Shown here: positions 12,424-26,392 of the stretch, piece after piece
Layout of the letters: each line of letters opens with the position of its first letter
Numbering within the stretch: the first letter of the stretch is position 1
Program-made: the position numbers and the translations under genes
Origin: Octopus vulgaris
Lineage: Eukaryota
Direction of reading: 5' to 3'
Assembly (NCBI GenBank): GCA_951406725.2
Contig: OX597836.1
Span: forward strand, 8,184,001-8,248,000
DNA length: 64,000 bases
The notes under the pieces: generated by a model
What the model saw: only the letters and a program-made list of their open reading frames with translations
Database searches by the model: none
What the model was told of the DNA's origin: nothing

Positions 12424-12940
12424 AAGGATAAAGCGCCTTCGCGAGTCATATAGACTCATAAAGCCGGTTTATCCCCGGTTTCCGTGACGCATATATTCCT
12501 CCCATGGACGGGACGTCAGTCCGTCGCAGGATACTCAATTTTTGCTTGCCGAGTGAGCCGGAGCAACGTGGAAAGAAGTGTTTTGCTCAAGAACACAACG
12601 CATTTCTCGGTCAGGAATCGAAACTACAATCTTACGATCGTGAGTCTAATACCCTAAACACTGGCTCGCACGCCTCCACTCAGAAAAGGATAAAGGTCCT
12701 TCGCGAGTTATATAGACTAATGGGGGCCGGTTTCTGAGTTTCTGTGACGTATATACTCCCCCACTGGACGGGACGCCAGTCTGTTGTAGGATATTCATTT
12801 TTGCTATTTGAGTTGGCTAGAGCAACGAGAAAAGAAGTGTCTTGCTCAAGAATACAAATCATTGCTCTCTCCATGAATCGAAACCACAATCTTACGACCA
12901 TGAGTCCAACACCCTAACCACTAAACCAACGAACTTTCAC
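12424..12940 (-). mobile_element. Head-to-tail dimer of tRNA-derived SINE family C
   Basis: aaaggataaag..cttcgcgagt.atatagact...tggacgggacg...gctcaagaa.acaa...gaatcgaaac.acaatcttacga occurs twice (starting near 12424 and 12685). Confidence 0.8.
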
Positions 12941-12969
12941 TCTTAACAGACAAAAAAAAAAATCATAAC

Positions 12970-13141
12970 TATTGACCCTAGTGTTCAACTGGTCCTTTTT
13001 TTTTTTTTTTGTTTCCGTCGACACTGAAAGGATGAAGGGCAAAGTCGACCTCGGTGGAATTTGAACGCCGGACGTTGAAAGACGGCCGAAATGCCGCTAA
13101 GCATTTTTTGCCCGGCATGCTAACGATTGTGCCGGCTCGCC
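12970..13141 (-). mobile_element. SINE family B
   Basis: gaaaggatgaagggcaaagtcgacctcggtggaatttgaac is the reverse complement of the family B core gttcaaattccgccgaggtcgactttgcctttcatcc. Confidence 0.8.
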
Positions 13142-13670
13142 ACACTACCATCACCACCATCACCACCAGTATCACCACCATCGATACCACCACCATCAAC
13201 AACGACGACTACAACGACAACAGCGGCAATTATAATGAGGATGAAGAGAGGAAAGAACCGAATGACCTGGTCTTCGTATAAACAGCTTCACTTAAATTTT
13301 CAATATTTCTAAATCGATAATAAATAATTTCTAGATTTCAGAAAGTCTACCAATAATTTAAAGTCTGTTTAATCCTAAAACTCTACTTAAATACTTTTAC
13401 CAAAGTAGAATTCATATTTAATATCGATGTTGTTATTGCAGTTGTTATTCTTATTGATGTCGCCTGTCGTCATCGTCATCGTTGTTGTTGTTGTTGTTGT
13501 TGTTGCTGTTGTTAATGTTATTATTGTTGTTATGGTTGATTTTGCGCATTTTGTTGTTGTTGCTGTTGTATTACATTATTTCTGTCTTCTTTCTTACCAT
13601 ACTTATGTCGACGACAACGACGATAAAGATAGTAATAACAACAATACTGCTGCTGCTGCTGCTGCTGCTG

Positions 13671-13712
<42 letters not shown>

Positions 13713-13754
13713 TTACTACTACTACTACTACTACAAGGAAAGAAAATGGTACGA

Positions 13755-14255
13755 ACATCAACCAGAAATTGTAACAGGGAATGGCCAGTACAACGTTTTA
13801 TGGGATTTTAATGTACAAGTTGATTGGGAAATTCATGCTAGGCGACCAGATATTATCATTGTGGACAGGGGTGAAAAACTAAGTGCTGTCATCATAGATG
13901 TGGCTATGTCTACGGACATGAATGTAGCGGTCAAAGAACAGGACAAAGAGAAAAGATAAACCAGATCAAATATACCAAAATTTGGCTTGGTAAGTTCGAC
14001 GACTGTGGAGGGTTTCTACAAAAGTAACCCTAATTGTTTTATAGGTGTCCGCGGTACCGCCATCAACAGACTTAACAGTTCCCTTAAAGAAATTAGTGTA
14101 ACTACTTGAGTTGCATTAATTTAGAAATCTGCTCTATTGGGAACAACAACGTGTGTAAGGAAGATTCCTGATATCCAAGGAAAATGGTTGTGACCCGGTA
14201 TCAGTGATATTGATTCCGAATGTAAAACACTCGCGAACCCTATAAACAATAATAA
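13755..14255 (+). mobile_element. R4/Dong-like non-LTR retrotransposon 3' remnant (restriction-like endonuclease domain)
   Basis: VLWDFNVQVDWEIHARRPDIIIVDRGEKLSAVIIDVAMSTDMNVAVKEQDK fits the WD..RPDI..IIDVA..D.N...KE REL motif. It starts just after a (CTA)n tract and ends in aataataat. Confidence 0.8.
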
Positions 14256-14436
14256 TTATTATTATCATTATTTCTACTCTAGGCATAAGGCCTTCAATAT
14301 TTTTTGGAGAGGGGGGGGGGGCAGTCGATTACAACAACCCTAGTGGGTAACTGGTACTTATTTCATGAATTCCGAAAGGATGAAAGGCAAAGTCGACCTT
14401 GGCGGAATGTGAATTCAGAACGTAGCGACAGAAGAA

Positions 14437-16180
14437 ATTACCAAGTGTATATCCTAAATATACATAAGGTAAAGGCACCGCTTAAAGAATTACTAAAAAA
14501 TAGATGACAAATAGGTTTGGACAGAGAAATGCCAGAAAGAATTTAACGAGTTAAAAGATATGTTAACTTCAGACTTGTATCTTACGCATTTCGACCCAAA
14601 GTTAGAGATAATGATGGCTACAGATGCGAGCGAGTATGGGATAGAAGCCGTGCTCCTACACAAGGATAACCATGGCAGGAGAAAGGCCATAGCTCACATA
14701 TCAAGGACATTATTGTCGGCGGAAAAGAGATATAGCTAGATTGAAAAAGAAACGTTGGCTATTATATTTGAGGAGAAAAAGTTCCACAAGTTCATTCACG
14801 ATAGACATTTTTGGTTGCCAAAGGACCAAAGACCTCTAATAATGATATACAGATCCAAGAAAGGAATCCCGATACATATGGCAAACAGACTGCAGCGGTG
14901 GGGTACCATTCTACTAATCTACGATTATAGAAGGGAATATCTGCTTTCAAAAAAGTTGGGGCATGCCGATGATCTGTGTAGGTTAATTCCGAGAAATAAG
15001 GAATCGCTGAAGGACACCGTAGTAGCAGCGCTAAACGTGGAAGCAGAAACAAAAAAAAAAGTGATGTGGAACATCGTGCGTGAACTACCAGTAACTTTGG
15101 AAGAAATAAAAAGAAATGCGAGAAATGACAAATTTATTAATGAGACAAAAGAAAACTGTGGTCGACAAAAGAAAATAAAGAAATGTCTGAACATAAAGAA
15201 CCGCCAGAGCGTGCACTCTATATGTGATGGTGAACTAATGTACGCTCAGAGGATGGTCATACCACAGACATTACAGAAGAGAATGCTAAAAGAGCTGCAT
15301 GTGCCACACCCAGGCATCTTTAGAATGAAAGCGCTGATGCGAAGTTTCGTTTACCGGCCAAGCATGGGCAAGGAAGTTGAGAACCTGGTAAAAGGCTGCG
15401 GATGATGTGCGCTGGCAGCGAAACTACCTACAACAAAATATGGACTTTGACCAGAAGTGAAAATACCATGGTCCCGATTGCATATCGATTTTGCAGGCCC
15501 GGTAAATGGATATTATTACTTAATAGTATTGGACAGCTACACAAAATGGCCTGAGGTCGCAAGGTGTAAACGACCAACCTTATATACGGTAATAAACTTC
15601 TTACACGAACTGTTCGCAAAATTTGGTGTACCGGATATAATTGTCTCTGATAACGGAACACATTTTGTATCCTGTGAGTTTAAAAGATTCTGCGAGAAGT
15701 TCACCTTAGAACATAAAACTATAGCACCATATCACCCTAGATCGAATGGAAGAGCCGAAAGGTAGGTGGACACTGTTAAGAGAGCTTTAAAGACAGCTAA
15801 TAAGGAAGCCACGGACGAAGTCGCAATCCAACAATTCTTAAGAGTATACAGGGTAACTCCGATCACAAATGCGCCAGAAAGAAGTTCACCAGCAGAATTA
15901 ATGTTTGCCAGAAAGGTGAAGTCGGTATTCGATAAATTGTTACCAGTGAATAAAAAGATACATGCTAGTAAAGACATGCCAAGATTCTTTAGAATTGGTG
16001 ATAAGATTTATGTAATAATGTACAAAAATGGCAAGCAATACTGGGAAGAAGGAGGAATTGTAACATACATAGGAAGAATGATGTATGGTGTAAGAAGAAG
16101 AAATGGAATGGAAAGGAGACAGTGAAATCAGCTTCAGGAAAGAGTCATAGAAAAGGAACCAACAAGAGTAGAAATACCGA
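14437..16180 (+). pseudogene. Ty3/Gypsy LTR retrotransposon pol remnant (RNase H + integrase, K02A2.6-like) with stops
   Basis: WTEKCQKEF..LTHFDPK..ATDASEYGI..YS*IEKE (RNase H); LHVPHPGIFRMKALMRS..C (zinc finger); PWSRLHIDFAGP..DSYTKWPE..IVSDNGTHF..PYHPRSNGRAER (rve core). No LTRs seen. Confidence 0.95.
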
Positions 16181-16189
16181 TGGATTGGT

Positions 16190-16765
<576 letters not shown>

Positions 16766-16957
16766 AGATTTACATACATACATACATAAACTTCAAACGA
16801 AGGAGAAATCTTTAATTAAAGTTGTTTCATATATTGTTGTTGTTGATTGTCTCCAAGCAATCACAACTAAGATCGTTAAATTCAACAAACCCACTCGCTA
16901 CCCATCCATCATTCACTTCTATATACATGTATAGATGTATGTACATATATGTATATA

Positions 16958-17020
<63 letters not shown>

Positions 17021-17284
17021 TATTTATTTATTTATTTATATATATGTATATATATATATATATTTATGAATATATATATACATCCAAACATCTATGCATA
17101 TATATATAGTTATATTTATATATATATATACATACATAATATATATATATATACATATATATATATATGTATATATATATATTATGTATGTATATATATA
17201 TATAAATATATATAAATATATATATATATGTATGTATATATATTTTATATGTATATATATTATATATATATCTATATATATATT

Positions 17285-17372
<88 letters not shown>

Positions 17373-18110
17373 TTTTATATTTATATATTCTTTTATCATT
17401 TATATATATATATATATATACACACACACATATACACGTATTCTTTTATTATTATTATTATTATTATTGCCCGCTCTCATTCGTGCTGATGCGGTATAAG
17501 TCTTGTAGTAAAAAGCAACTGAATATCAGGAACTTACCATAAGATTTTTAGAAGAACAAGCCACAACCGTAAACTAAGCTTATTATATTTGAATTATAGA
17601 AAGAGGAATCAGATTTTTGGTTTGTTGTGTTTCCTTCCTTCCTCAACTTTCCAAGGATTTGGCTTTTTTTTTTATTTTCTTTCTCTTTGATGATCAAAGA
17701 CTAACCAGAATAAATTAAAATAAAATGGTTTTCTTGTTCTTCCAGGATAAAGTTGGTTCTGATGATTAAAGAAGAGTTATTAGAGCATCGGAATCGGTTT
17801 GTAGATTGCTTTGCGGTGATCGTTCCGGTTCTTAACGTACTGAGTTCGAATTGTACCGCGTATCATTCGTTCGCTTATTCGGGCATTCATCATCATCATC
17901 ATTGTTGTCGACGTCATCGTCATCATCATCATTGACACCATCACCACCATCTTCTTCATCAAAATCATCATCATCATCGTCGTCATCATCGTCATGATCA
18001 TTATCATCGTTATCATCAACGTCACCACCATCTTCATTATCAACATCATCGTCATCATCATAATCAACACCCCACCCCAGAAGCACCATCATCATCACCA
18101 TCATCATCAC

Positions 18111-18164
<54 letters not shown>

Positions 18165-18269
18165 TATCCATCATCGTCATCATCATCAACATCCACACCA
18201 TCAACCTCCGGACATTTCATTTTGGAATCCTAGCACTCGAAACGATAATGTCCAGATGTTGATGGACAT

Positions 18270-18510
18270 AAGCCCGGTTACCGTGGCTTATATGTGACCG
18301 AGGTCACAAAATTCCCCCCACCCTACCCCCTGCCTGAACGGAACACTGTCAGTCAGTCGCAGGGTTGCACGTTTACAGCTGAGTGGATTGGAGCAATGTG
18401 AAAGGAAGTGTTTCGCTCAAGAACACAACGCACCAAACTGCGTGATCCGGGAATTGAAACCACAATATTCCGATCACGGGGAACAACATCTTAACCGCAA
18501 GACCACGCAC
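18270..18510 (-). mobile_element. SINE family C
   Basis: cagctgagtggattggagcaatgtgaaaggaagtgtttcgctcaagaacacaacgcac, homologous to the copies at 12424-12940. Confidence 0.75.
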
Positions 18511-18579
18511 TTGCGAATTTCATTCATTCGGGGGTTCGATAAATAAGTCACCTGTCATGTACTGGATTAATTTTTCTCT

Positions 18580-18641
<62 letters not shown>

Positions 18642-19825
18642 GCATGTATGAATGTATGTATGTATGTATGTATGTATGTATGTTTGTATGTTTGTATGTA
18701 TCCTGGAAGAGATCGGGTGTGTTCCAATATGCAGAGAGAGATGGGCTCTGCCCTTACAAGAATAGTGTTGACAGTGACTTCGAAGTCTCTGCTTGTTAGC
18801 TTTCATCGTGCTGTGATACATCTGTGCTCACCTTGGTTTTATATAGTCTCTGATTATTTTTCAGGGCGCAAAGGAGCATTTGTTGGATGATAATTTGTTT
18901 AGAGGAAAAGTTCTGAGCGGAAGATGTTATAAAAGGCTTTTATTGATTAAATTTGGAGCTATGCTGTTGTTCAAAGTCCAGCCATGCATGTAAAACTTAA
19001 TGAAGTGTGCCTATTTTGGTAAGTCAGTTTCCGGTCTTGGGGTTGTTAGTTTTGAGGGCTCACAAAAGTTAGTTGGCCAGTGGATGTGTAACAAGGTTTA
19101 GTTGTTGGTATTATTTGAACACTAATGAGAGATTTAACCTGTTTGTTTTGGGAAGATGGAAGTTATTGTTGAGAGATCAGTCCACCTAGTAATTTGCAAT
19201 TAGGTGTGTTTATTTGGGTTTGTCAGCTTTAGGTCATGGAGTTTTTTTCTACAAATTTCGTTATCTTACGTTTTAGGATTCACAAAAGAATGAAAATGGA
19301 TGGAAAGATTAGTTGGTTAACAGATTTCTTTACTTGTTGATGTTATATTTGAACACTATTTAGAAGATTTAACCTGTTTGCTTTGGAAAAGTGAAAGATA
19401 TTGTTCAGAGTTCAGTCAAGCATGTAAAACCTTGTAATTAGGTGTGTTTATTTAGATGTGTCCACTTTAAGTTAAAGTGTTTCAGTATAGAAATTTGTTT
19501 GTCGTGTGTTGTGGGCTTCAAGATGATGTAGGTAGGAGGAAAGGTTAGTTGGTCATCAAATATTTGACTAGGAGATAATTGTCATTGATGTTATTTGGTT
19601 ATTTACTCTTTAGAAAACTTAACCATTGTGCTTTGGGGAGAGTAACGTTTGTGGATTTTTTAAAATAAATATTTCTTCTATTCGGATTCCAGCATAGGGT
19701 ATTTGTAATGATATTTATGATATATTATTTTGGAGCTATAAATAAATGCCAAGGAGGAGCATCATAAAAATGCGTACGTATACCTATATATAAAAATAAG
19801 AATACCATCACCGCCGCCGCCGTCA

Positions 19826-20330
19826 AAACTTCCCAGCCCAAAGACTTCACTTTTTTTTCTCGGGTTTGCTTGACAGAATGTGGCTGTAGATTATCGTGTT
19901 GCAAAATGGTTCCTTTTCTGTTCAGCAGAGTAGGATGCTTTTTATGCAAAGCTTCATCGAGACGGGTAAGCTGTTGACAGTTAAAGTTCTACGGTAACAT
20001 CTTTTCCCTGTTCCAATAGTTCACAGTGAACTATATCTCTATTGTTCCAAGGTATTACTTTCTTTTGGTCTAATGCTGGCTTGGGTGTTGCAACTGGAGT
20101 ATCATTCTTTGAAAGCCAATTTTTCTTAAGTTTATTGGTTACGAACATAATCCATTCCTTATTTCCGGTAACAAATCGATCAAGCAAAGATGCTATTTTA
20201 CACCTGATCAGTAAACTATTGCCAATTGTTGAACACAAAGCATTGTTATCAGGTGACAGTGCATGTGACACTCAAATTCTTTCCCTACACACCTTTCCAA
20301 ATTTCTTAAGATGTCCCTGTATGGTGGACC

Positions 20331-20333
<3 letters not shown>
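19826..20333 (-). pseudogene. Mariner (Mos1/SETMAR-type) transposase remnant
   Basis: [80 protein letters not shown]. Confidence 0.92.
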
Positions 20334-20413
<80 letters not shown>

Positions 20414-20507
20414 ATATATGCTTGATCGCTATATTTGTACGTATATATACTTATGCACAAACACATACATATATACATATATGTATATATATGTATATAT
20501 ATATACA

Positions 20508-20563
<56 letters not shown>

Positions 20564-20565
<2 letters not shown>

Positions 20566-20725
20566 TTTCAACCCTTTCTTATGACTTTCCTCATATTCAC
20601 ACACACACACACACATACACATAGATGGAGGTCAATATATATATATATATATATTGACCTCCATCTATGTGTATGTGTGTGTGTGTGTGTGAATATGAGG
20701 AAAGTCATAAGAAAGGGTTGAAAAT
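20564..20725. repeat. Perfect 162-bp palindrome centred on (TA)n
   Basis: attttcaaccctttcttatgactttcctcatattc...gatggaggtcaa(ta)n ttgacctccatc...gaatatgaggaaagtcataagaaagggttgaaaat; symmetry axis at 20644.5. Confidence 0.95.
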
Positions 20726-21324
20726 GCACTAAATTTTTATGCATATAAATATTTGTTTGGATAAAACAAGTTTTTATATTTCAACATACTAGGTAAATAT
20801 TTCTATTATATACCTATAAATATGGAAGTAAAAATACAAAAACTATATTTTACATAACAAATGTTTGCATATAACTGTTTTACTGTAAAAAATATTAGTG
20901 TATGTTTGCAGAAGGTAAGTTTTACACATACGCACAAAAGAGAGAGAAAAATCACGTTACTGGAAAGTTTTCCTTTAGAAATAAGTTTACATATAAAAAA
21001 AGTTTTACTGAATAAATTTTAGAGAATGTAGCCAAAAGTGGTTTTATATGCTTATGTATGAATGTATATATGCACACTTGCTAAATACTGGAGTTGAACT
21101 GGCGGAACTGTTAGAACGTTGGCCAGAAAACCTCTAGCTATTCCTTATGAATTTCTGCATTTTGACTTCAAGTATTGCTGAGAGCAACTTTGCTTTCGGG
21201 GGTCGGTTTCCCTCCCGTTTTTTTTTTTTTTTTAGGAAAATAGGTGCTCTCAAAGGTGGTGGTTAAACGAACCGCAAAAAGTGTCAGGGCTGATACATTA
21301 TGTTGTATATATATATATATATAT

Positions 21325-21630
21325 ATAATTAACAGAATGAGATAAAAATCCAAGGCTGTGAAAGATTTCAGAACATTTATAAAGAGAAGGCCTTACAGCT
21401 GTTTCTGGGATATTTCATATATCCCTTCATCGGAGACGGTGTGAGAGTATGGTTAAGCAACAGTTATTCTAGAGAAGATATGAAATAGAGAGTACAATGG
21501 AGGAATGAAAACAGATGTGAGATATGCAGGGATATTGTATCTGCAGTTCTATTATTTAAGCAGAATGGTATACATATAAGTTTCCTGTACGTTGTGTGTA
21601 AGTTACATATAAAATAGAGGAAACTTATAT
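21325..21630 (-). mobile_element. Penelope-like terminal remnant with hammerhead-like motif (21394-21433)
   Basis: Minus strand: CCGATGA a gggatat atgaa atatccc a GAAA CAGCTG TA. Confidence 0.6.
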
Positions 21631-21635
21631 GTATA

Positions 21636-22050
21636 GGGCGCAGGAGTGGCTGTGTGGTAAGTAGCTTGCTTACCAACCACATGGTTCCGGGTTCAATGCC
21701 ACTGCGTGGCATCTTGGGCAAGTGTCTCCTGCTATAGCCTCGGGCCGACCAAAGCCTTGTTAGTGGATTTGTTAGACGGAAACTGAAAGAAGCCCGTCGT
21801 ATATATGTATATATATGTATGTGTGTGTGTGTTTCTGTGTCTTTGTTTGTCCCCCTAGCATTGCTTGACAACCGATACTGGTGTGTTTACGTCCCCGTAA
21901 CTTAGCGGTTCGGCAAAAGAGACCAATAGAATAAGTACTGGGCTTACAAAGAATAAGTCCCGGGGTCGATTTGCTCGACTAAAGGCGGTGCTCCAGCATG
22001 GCCGCAGTCAAATGACTGAAACAAGTAAAAGAGTAAAAGAGTAAAAGAGT
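21636..22050 (+). mobile_element. Full-length tRNA-derived SINE family A
   Basis: Pol III A-box-like tggctgtgtggt and B-box-like gggttcaatgcc, internal (TA)/(TG) tract, tail (gtaaaaga)n. More than 10 related copies in the window. Confidence 0.92.
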
Positions 22051-22440
22051 ATACCATTCTGCTTAAATAATGGAACTGTATCGTCTGTTTGAATGTTTTG
22101 CGTGCTTGTCCCATTTTGTATTATATATATGCGCATTTTCTCGTTCTGACTTCAAATTCCCCCATTCCGCCAGGGGTCGCCCAGTTTAACTCCACTCCTT
22201 GAAACGCAGGGTACCTTTAGCCGAGTCATCTCTGTTGTAAGCATTCTGGTCAAGTCTCCGGTTTGAAGACTCCTCTCTTTCTCTCATATCTACCAGTTGT
22301 TGGAAGCTGTGTCATAGGCATTGCCTTCCTTTTCGACTAAAAGACCAAACACACACACGCGGGCAGGACTAACACGTGTACGCGCGCACACACACACATA
22401 CACGCATCACACGCACACGTACGCAAAATTATATGTATGT

Positions 22441-22473
<33 letters not shown>

Positions 22474-22611
22474 TAAAAAAAGGAGATGTCGAACACGAGT
22501 GGTGATATATAAAAAAGGAAATGAAGAAAATGCTGACAAATAATTGAAGTAATTTAAGTAATTTAATTAGGTGAAAGTTCTTTTTACCGGTTGCGCATTT
22601 GTTATGCTTAT

Positions 22612-22669
<58 letters not shown>

Positions 22670-22833
22670 CACACACAGAGACACACACACATGGAGAAAT
22701 ATATATGCATATATATATACATACATACATACATGCATACACATACATATATATATACTTACATATATATACATATATATACTTACATACATATATATGT
22801 ATATATATATTTATATATATATACATATATATA

Positions 22834-22871
<38 letters not shown>

Positions 22872-22914
22872 AAATTGGACAAGAACGCAAAACATCCAGA
22901 TAGACGATATAAAA

Positions 22915-22966
<52 letters not shown>

Positions 22967-23529
22967 CACATATATATTTACATATATACATAAATACATA
23001 TATACATACATATATGCACATATGTATGTATACATACATAAACAGGCATAATTACGTATTCACACACGCATACACACATACGAATGTATAAACGTACGCA
23101 CATATATTGTAAGTATAGGAGACTCCCAAGGCACACAGAGAAACCGTTCCAGTCTGTTATTGCAGTATCACGACCATGGAACTCAAATCATTACATATTA
23201 ACACACCATTGGTCAGTGATTCTATTCCAGTCTATTGGAACCGTTGTCCTAATAAAATGTCCAGTTCCACCAGGACCATCGCGAAGAAGGACCGTATCCA
23301 TTATTCATCCTGATTGTTCTAACGTTATAGTTCGCTAACGTATCTCTCTTTTAAAATATTAATTACTTGCAGACAGGAGAGTGCTTCTGTGGCAGAATTG
23401 GTGAAGCGGGTGTAATGTTGTAGCGGTGCTTAGTTTCGGTAACTAAATACGTTCTGAGTTCGTTTCCCGCCGAGGTCGACTTTAAGTTTTATGTGCGTGG
23501 CGGTGGTGTCGATTGATTATGCTTTATTG

Positions 23530-23690
23530 TAGTGGCTGTGTGGTAAGAAGCTTGCTTCCCAACCACATGGTTCTGGGTTTTAGTGCCACTGCGTGGCACC
23601 TTGGGCGAGCGTCTTCTTATATAACCTCGGGCCAATGAAAGCCTTGTGAGTGGATTTGGAAGACGGAAACTGAAAGAAGCCTGTCGTATA
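23530..23690 (+). mobile_element. SINE family A, 5' half
   Basis: tggctgtgtggtaagaagcttgcttcccaaccacatggttc...gaaactgaaagaagcctgtcg. Confidence 0.85.
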
Positions 23691-23704
23691 TATATATATA
23701 TATG

Positions 23705-24735
23705 GAAAAGACCCAGTAAAAGGGAAAGCGACAAATCAAGGTTCAAGAGTTGTTGAAGACCCAATAAAAGAGCTTGGACATACTGGCCACTTGTGATAAT
23801 TTTTTAACAAGTCTAGGATTGGCTCGAAAGCTGCTTAGCAAGAAAACTACTTTAGTTGGAACAATTAGAAAGAACAAAATTGAACTTCCAAGTGCTTTCC
23901 CAAATGGAAAAGAAAGAGAACTCAACAGCACAATATTTGGATTTCAAAAGGATTCTATGATCATATCTTATTGTTCCAAGAAAAATTATGTAGTCACACT
24001 TATGAGTACAATGCACTCTTAGCCTTCAGTTGATTCAAAAAGTGGTGAAAAGAAACCTGAAGTTATTACATGTTACAACAAAACATAAAATAGTAAGGAC
24101 ATGTACTTGCAAAAGAATAACTCAAAGATGGCCTATGGTTATATTCTACAACATGATTGATATAAGTGCAGTGAATGCTTTCGTTGTTGTTGAACAGCTT
24201 CACTTGCAAAGAAGACAGTGTCTGATTCAGTTAGGAAAGGAACTTGCCGGAGTTAATGCGAAACAAGAACATGACAAACGATCTAGTTCCGCGAACATTT
24301 CTCAACCAAACAAGAAAGAAGACGATCTTCAACCTCATTTGAGATTCCCCAGCCAAAGTCAAAAGGAAGATATTCTTTGTGTGCCGCCCCCCCCGCCCCC
24401 CCCCAAAAAGAAGACAGGAAAATTCGTACTACATATAAGAATTGTAATATCCGTGTTTGTCAAGAACACTCCAATGGTGTTTGCATTCACTGCCATGAAG
24501 AGGTGTAATTCTGAATTTTTGTAAGTTTTAAAATTTATGATATATTCTGTAAGCTGTATTTTTTAAAATTAAAATCTATGAGAAACAGTAATTCTTCATT
24601 CACCCGATAGCATATATAATGTAGCTAAGGAATAGAGGTAGTCTGAATAAAGTTTAATCAAAATAAAAACATTAGGTCCATTGGACCCGGTCGGTAATTA
24701 GTGACATACATTTTCTCTGGTAGAGCAAGAGTTAA
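23705..24735 (+). pseudogene. piggyBac transposase remnant (PGBD4-like) with right end at TTAA
   Basis: TCDNFLTSLGLARKLL..TLVGTIRKNK.ELP..STIFGF..VTLMSTMH..KPEVI..YNKT..TCKRITQRWPMVIFYNMIDISAVNAF. The element ends ...ggtagagcaagagTTAA (24732-24735). Confidence 0.9.
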
Positions 24736-24769
24736 GCAGTAAAATGTACAATAAATTTTGACATAGAGT

Positions 24770-25580
24770 CATCAGTTTTCGAGGGGAGAGGGTAGTCGAT
24801 TACATTGACCCCAGTGCTTGATTAGTACTTATTTTATCGATCCCGAAAAGCCCAAATCTTTGGGGAGAGGTTTACACAATTACATTGACCTTAGTTTTCA
24901 GCTGGTACTTATTTCATCGACGTCGAAAACATGAAAGGCAGATTATCGCCAAGGTCGACTTTGCCTTTCATCCTTTCGGGGTCGATAAAATAAGTACAAT
25001 AATAATAATTATTATTATTATTATAATCCTTTCTACTGTAGCCACAAGGCCTGAAATTTGGGGGAGGGGGCTAGTCGACTGCATCGACCCCAGTGATCAA
25101 GTGATACTTATTTAATCGGCCCCGAAAGGATAAAAAGTAAAGTCGACCTCAGCGGAACTTGAACTCGGAATGTAAAGACGCAAGAAATGTCATTAAGCCC
25201 GTTGACCATCGTGCTAGCATTTCTGCCAGCTCGTCCCCTTCTACGGCTTCAAATTCTGGGAGGGGGCCATCAGTTTTTGAACAGTATGGCAAGTCGATTA
25301 CATCTACCACAATAGTTGACTGGCATTTATGTTATCGACCCTGAAACGATGAAAGGCGAAGTCGACCTTATCGGAATTTGAGCTCAAAACGTAAAGACGG
25401 AAAAAATGCCGGTATGCATTTTGTACGGCATGATTATATTCCAATAACTTGACTGGTTCTTTATTTTATCGACCTCGGAAAGAATTGTGGCATAATTGAT
25501 TTCAGTGGGATTTGAACTCAAAACCTCAAGAAATGGAAATGAATACAGTAAGAGTATTTAATTTGTTGCTCTAACGGTTC
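24770..25580. mobile_element. Cluster of about 5 nested or truncated SINE family B copies, mostly minus strand
   Basis: Repeated gtcgattacatcgaccccag...ggtacttattt.atcgac...aaggatgaaaggc.aagtcgacct motifs. Confidence 0.75.
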
Positions 25581-25712
25581 TTTTATATACAACAACAACA
25601 AGAACAACAACAACAGCAGCAGTAACAATAACAACGTCAACAAGAATTAAACGTCAGCGACTGACTGATTGCAGCGAACGGTGATGGACATGTGTGTACG
25701 GAGTATGTGTAT

Positions 25713-25759
<47 letters not shown>

Positions 25760-26360
25760 CTGTGTGTGTGTGTGCGTCTGTGGGTGTCTATTTGTGTTGG
25801 TAGACGGTGTATAGTACTGAAAGCGAAAGTAGAACAAAGAGTGTGACAGAGAGAGAGAAGGGGGGGGAGAAATGAAGAAAGAAAGAAACAAACAAACAAA
25901 CCAAGAGAGAAAGACAGAGAAGGTTGCTTGAGGATAGAGAGTGTGGGCAGAGGAAAGAGAGCTGAGGACGGAGGAGGGCGAAGAAAGAATAGATGAGAGT
26001 AAGGTAAAAGAGAAGTCGTATAGAGCGGAGAGTAAGGTTGTACAGTATAGAAAAGAGGGAAGAAAAGAGAGAGAGAGAGAAAGCGGCGAAGAAGAATAGG
26101 TGAGAGAGATGGAGGGAGGGAGATAAGAAAATGGTAAATGGAGAGGAAGGGGAAATGGAGAGATGAGGGAGAAAGGAAGACAAAGGAGATGGGGAGGTGA
26201 AATGGAAGGAAAACAGTAAGGAAAATAGAGGGATAGAGGGATAGAGGGGTGTATTGAATGAAGGGGAGAGGGAAGACAGAGGAGAGACAGACAGATAGAT
26301 AGATAGAGAGAGACAGAGACAGACAGAGACTAACAGACAGGTAGATCGATAAACAGTAAG

Positions 26361-26392
<32 letters not shown>

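Noticed and set aside
14437-16180. Possible intact or domesticated integrase gene
   Set aside because: Multiple in-frame stops and frameshifts, truncated by SINEs on both sides, and no LTRs.
16900-17430. Numerous YIYI/VCVC/THTH ORFs here and throughout the window
   Set aside because: Translations of (TA)n, (TG)n and (TACA)n microsatellites.
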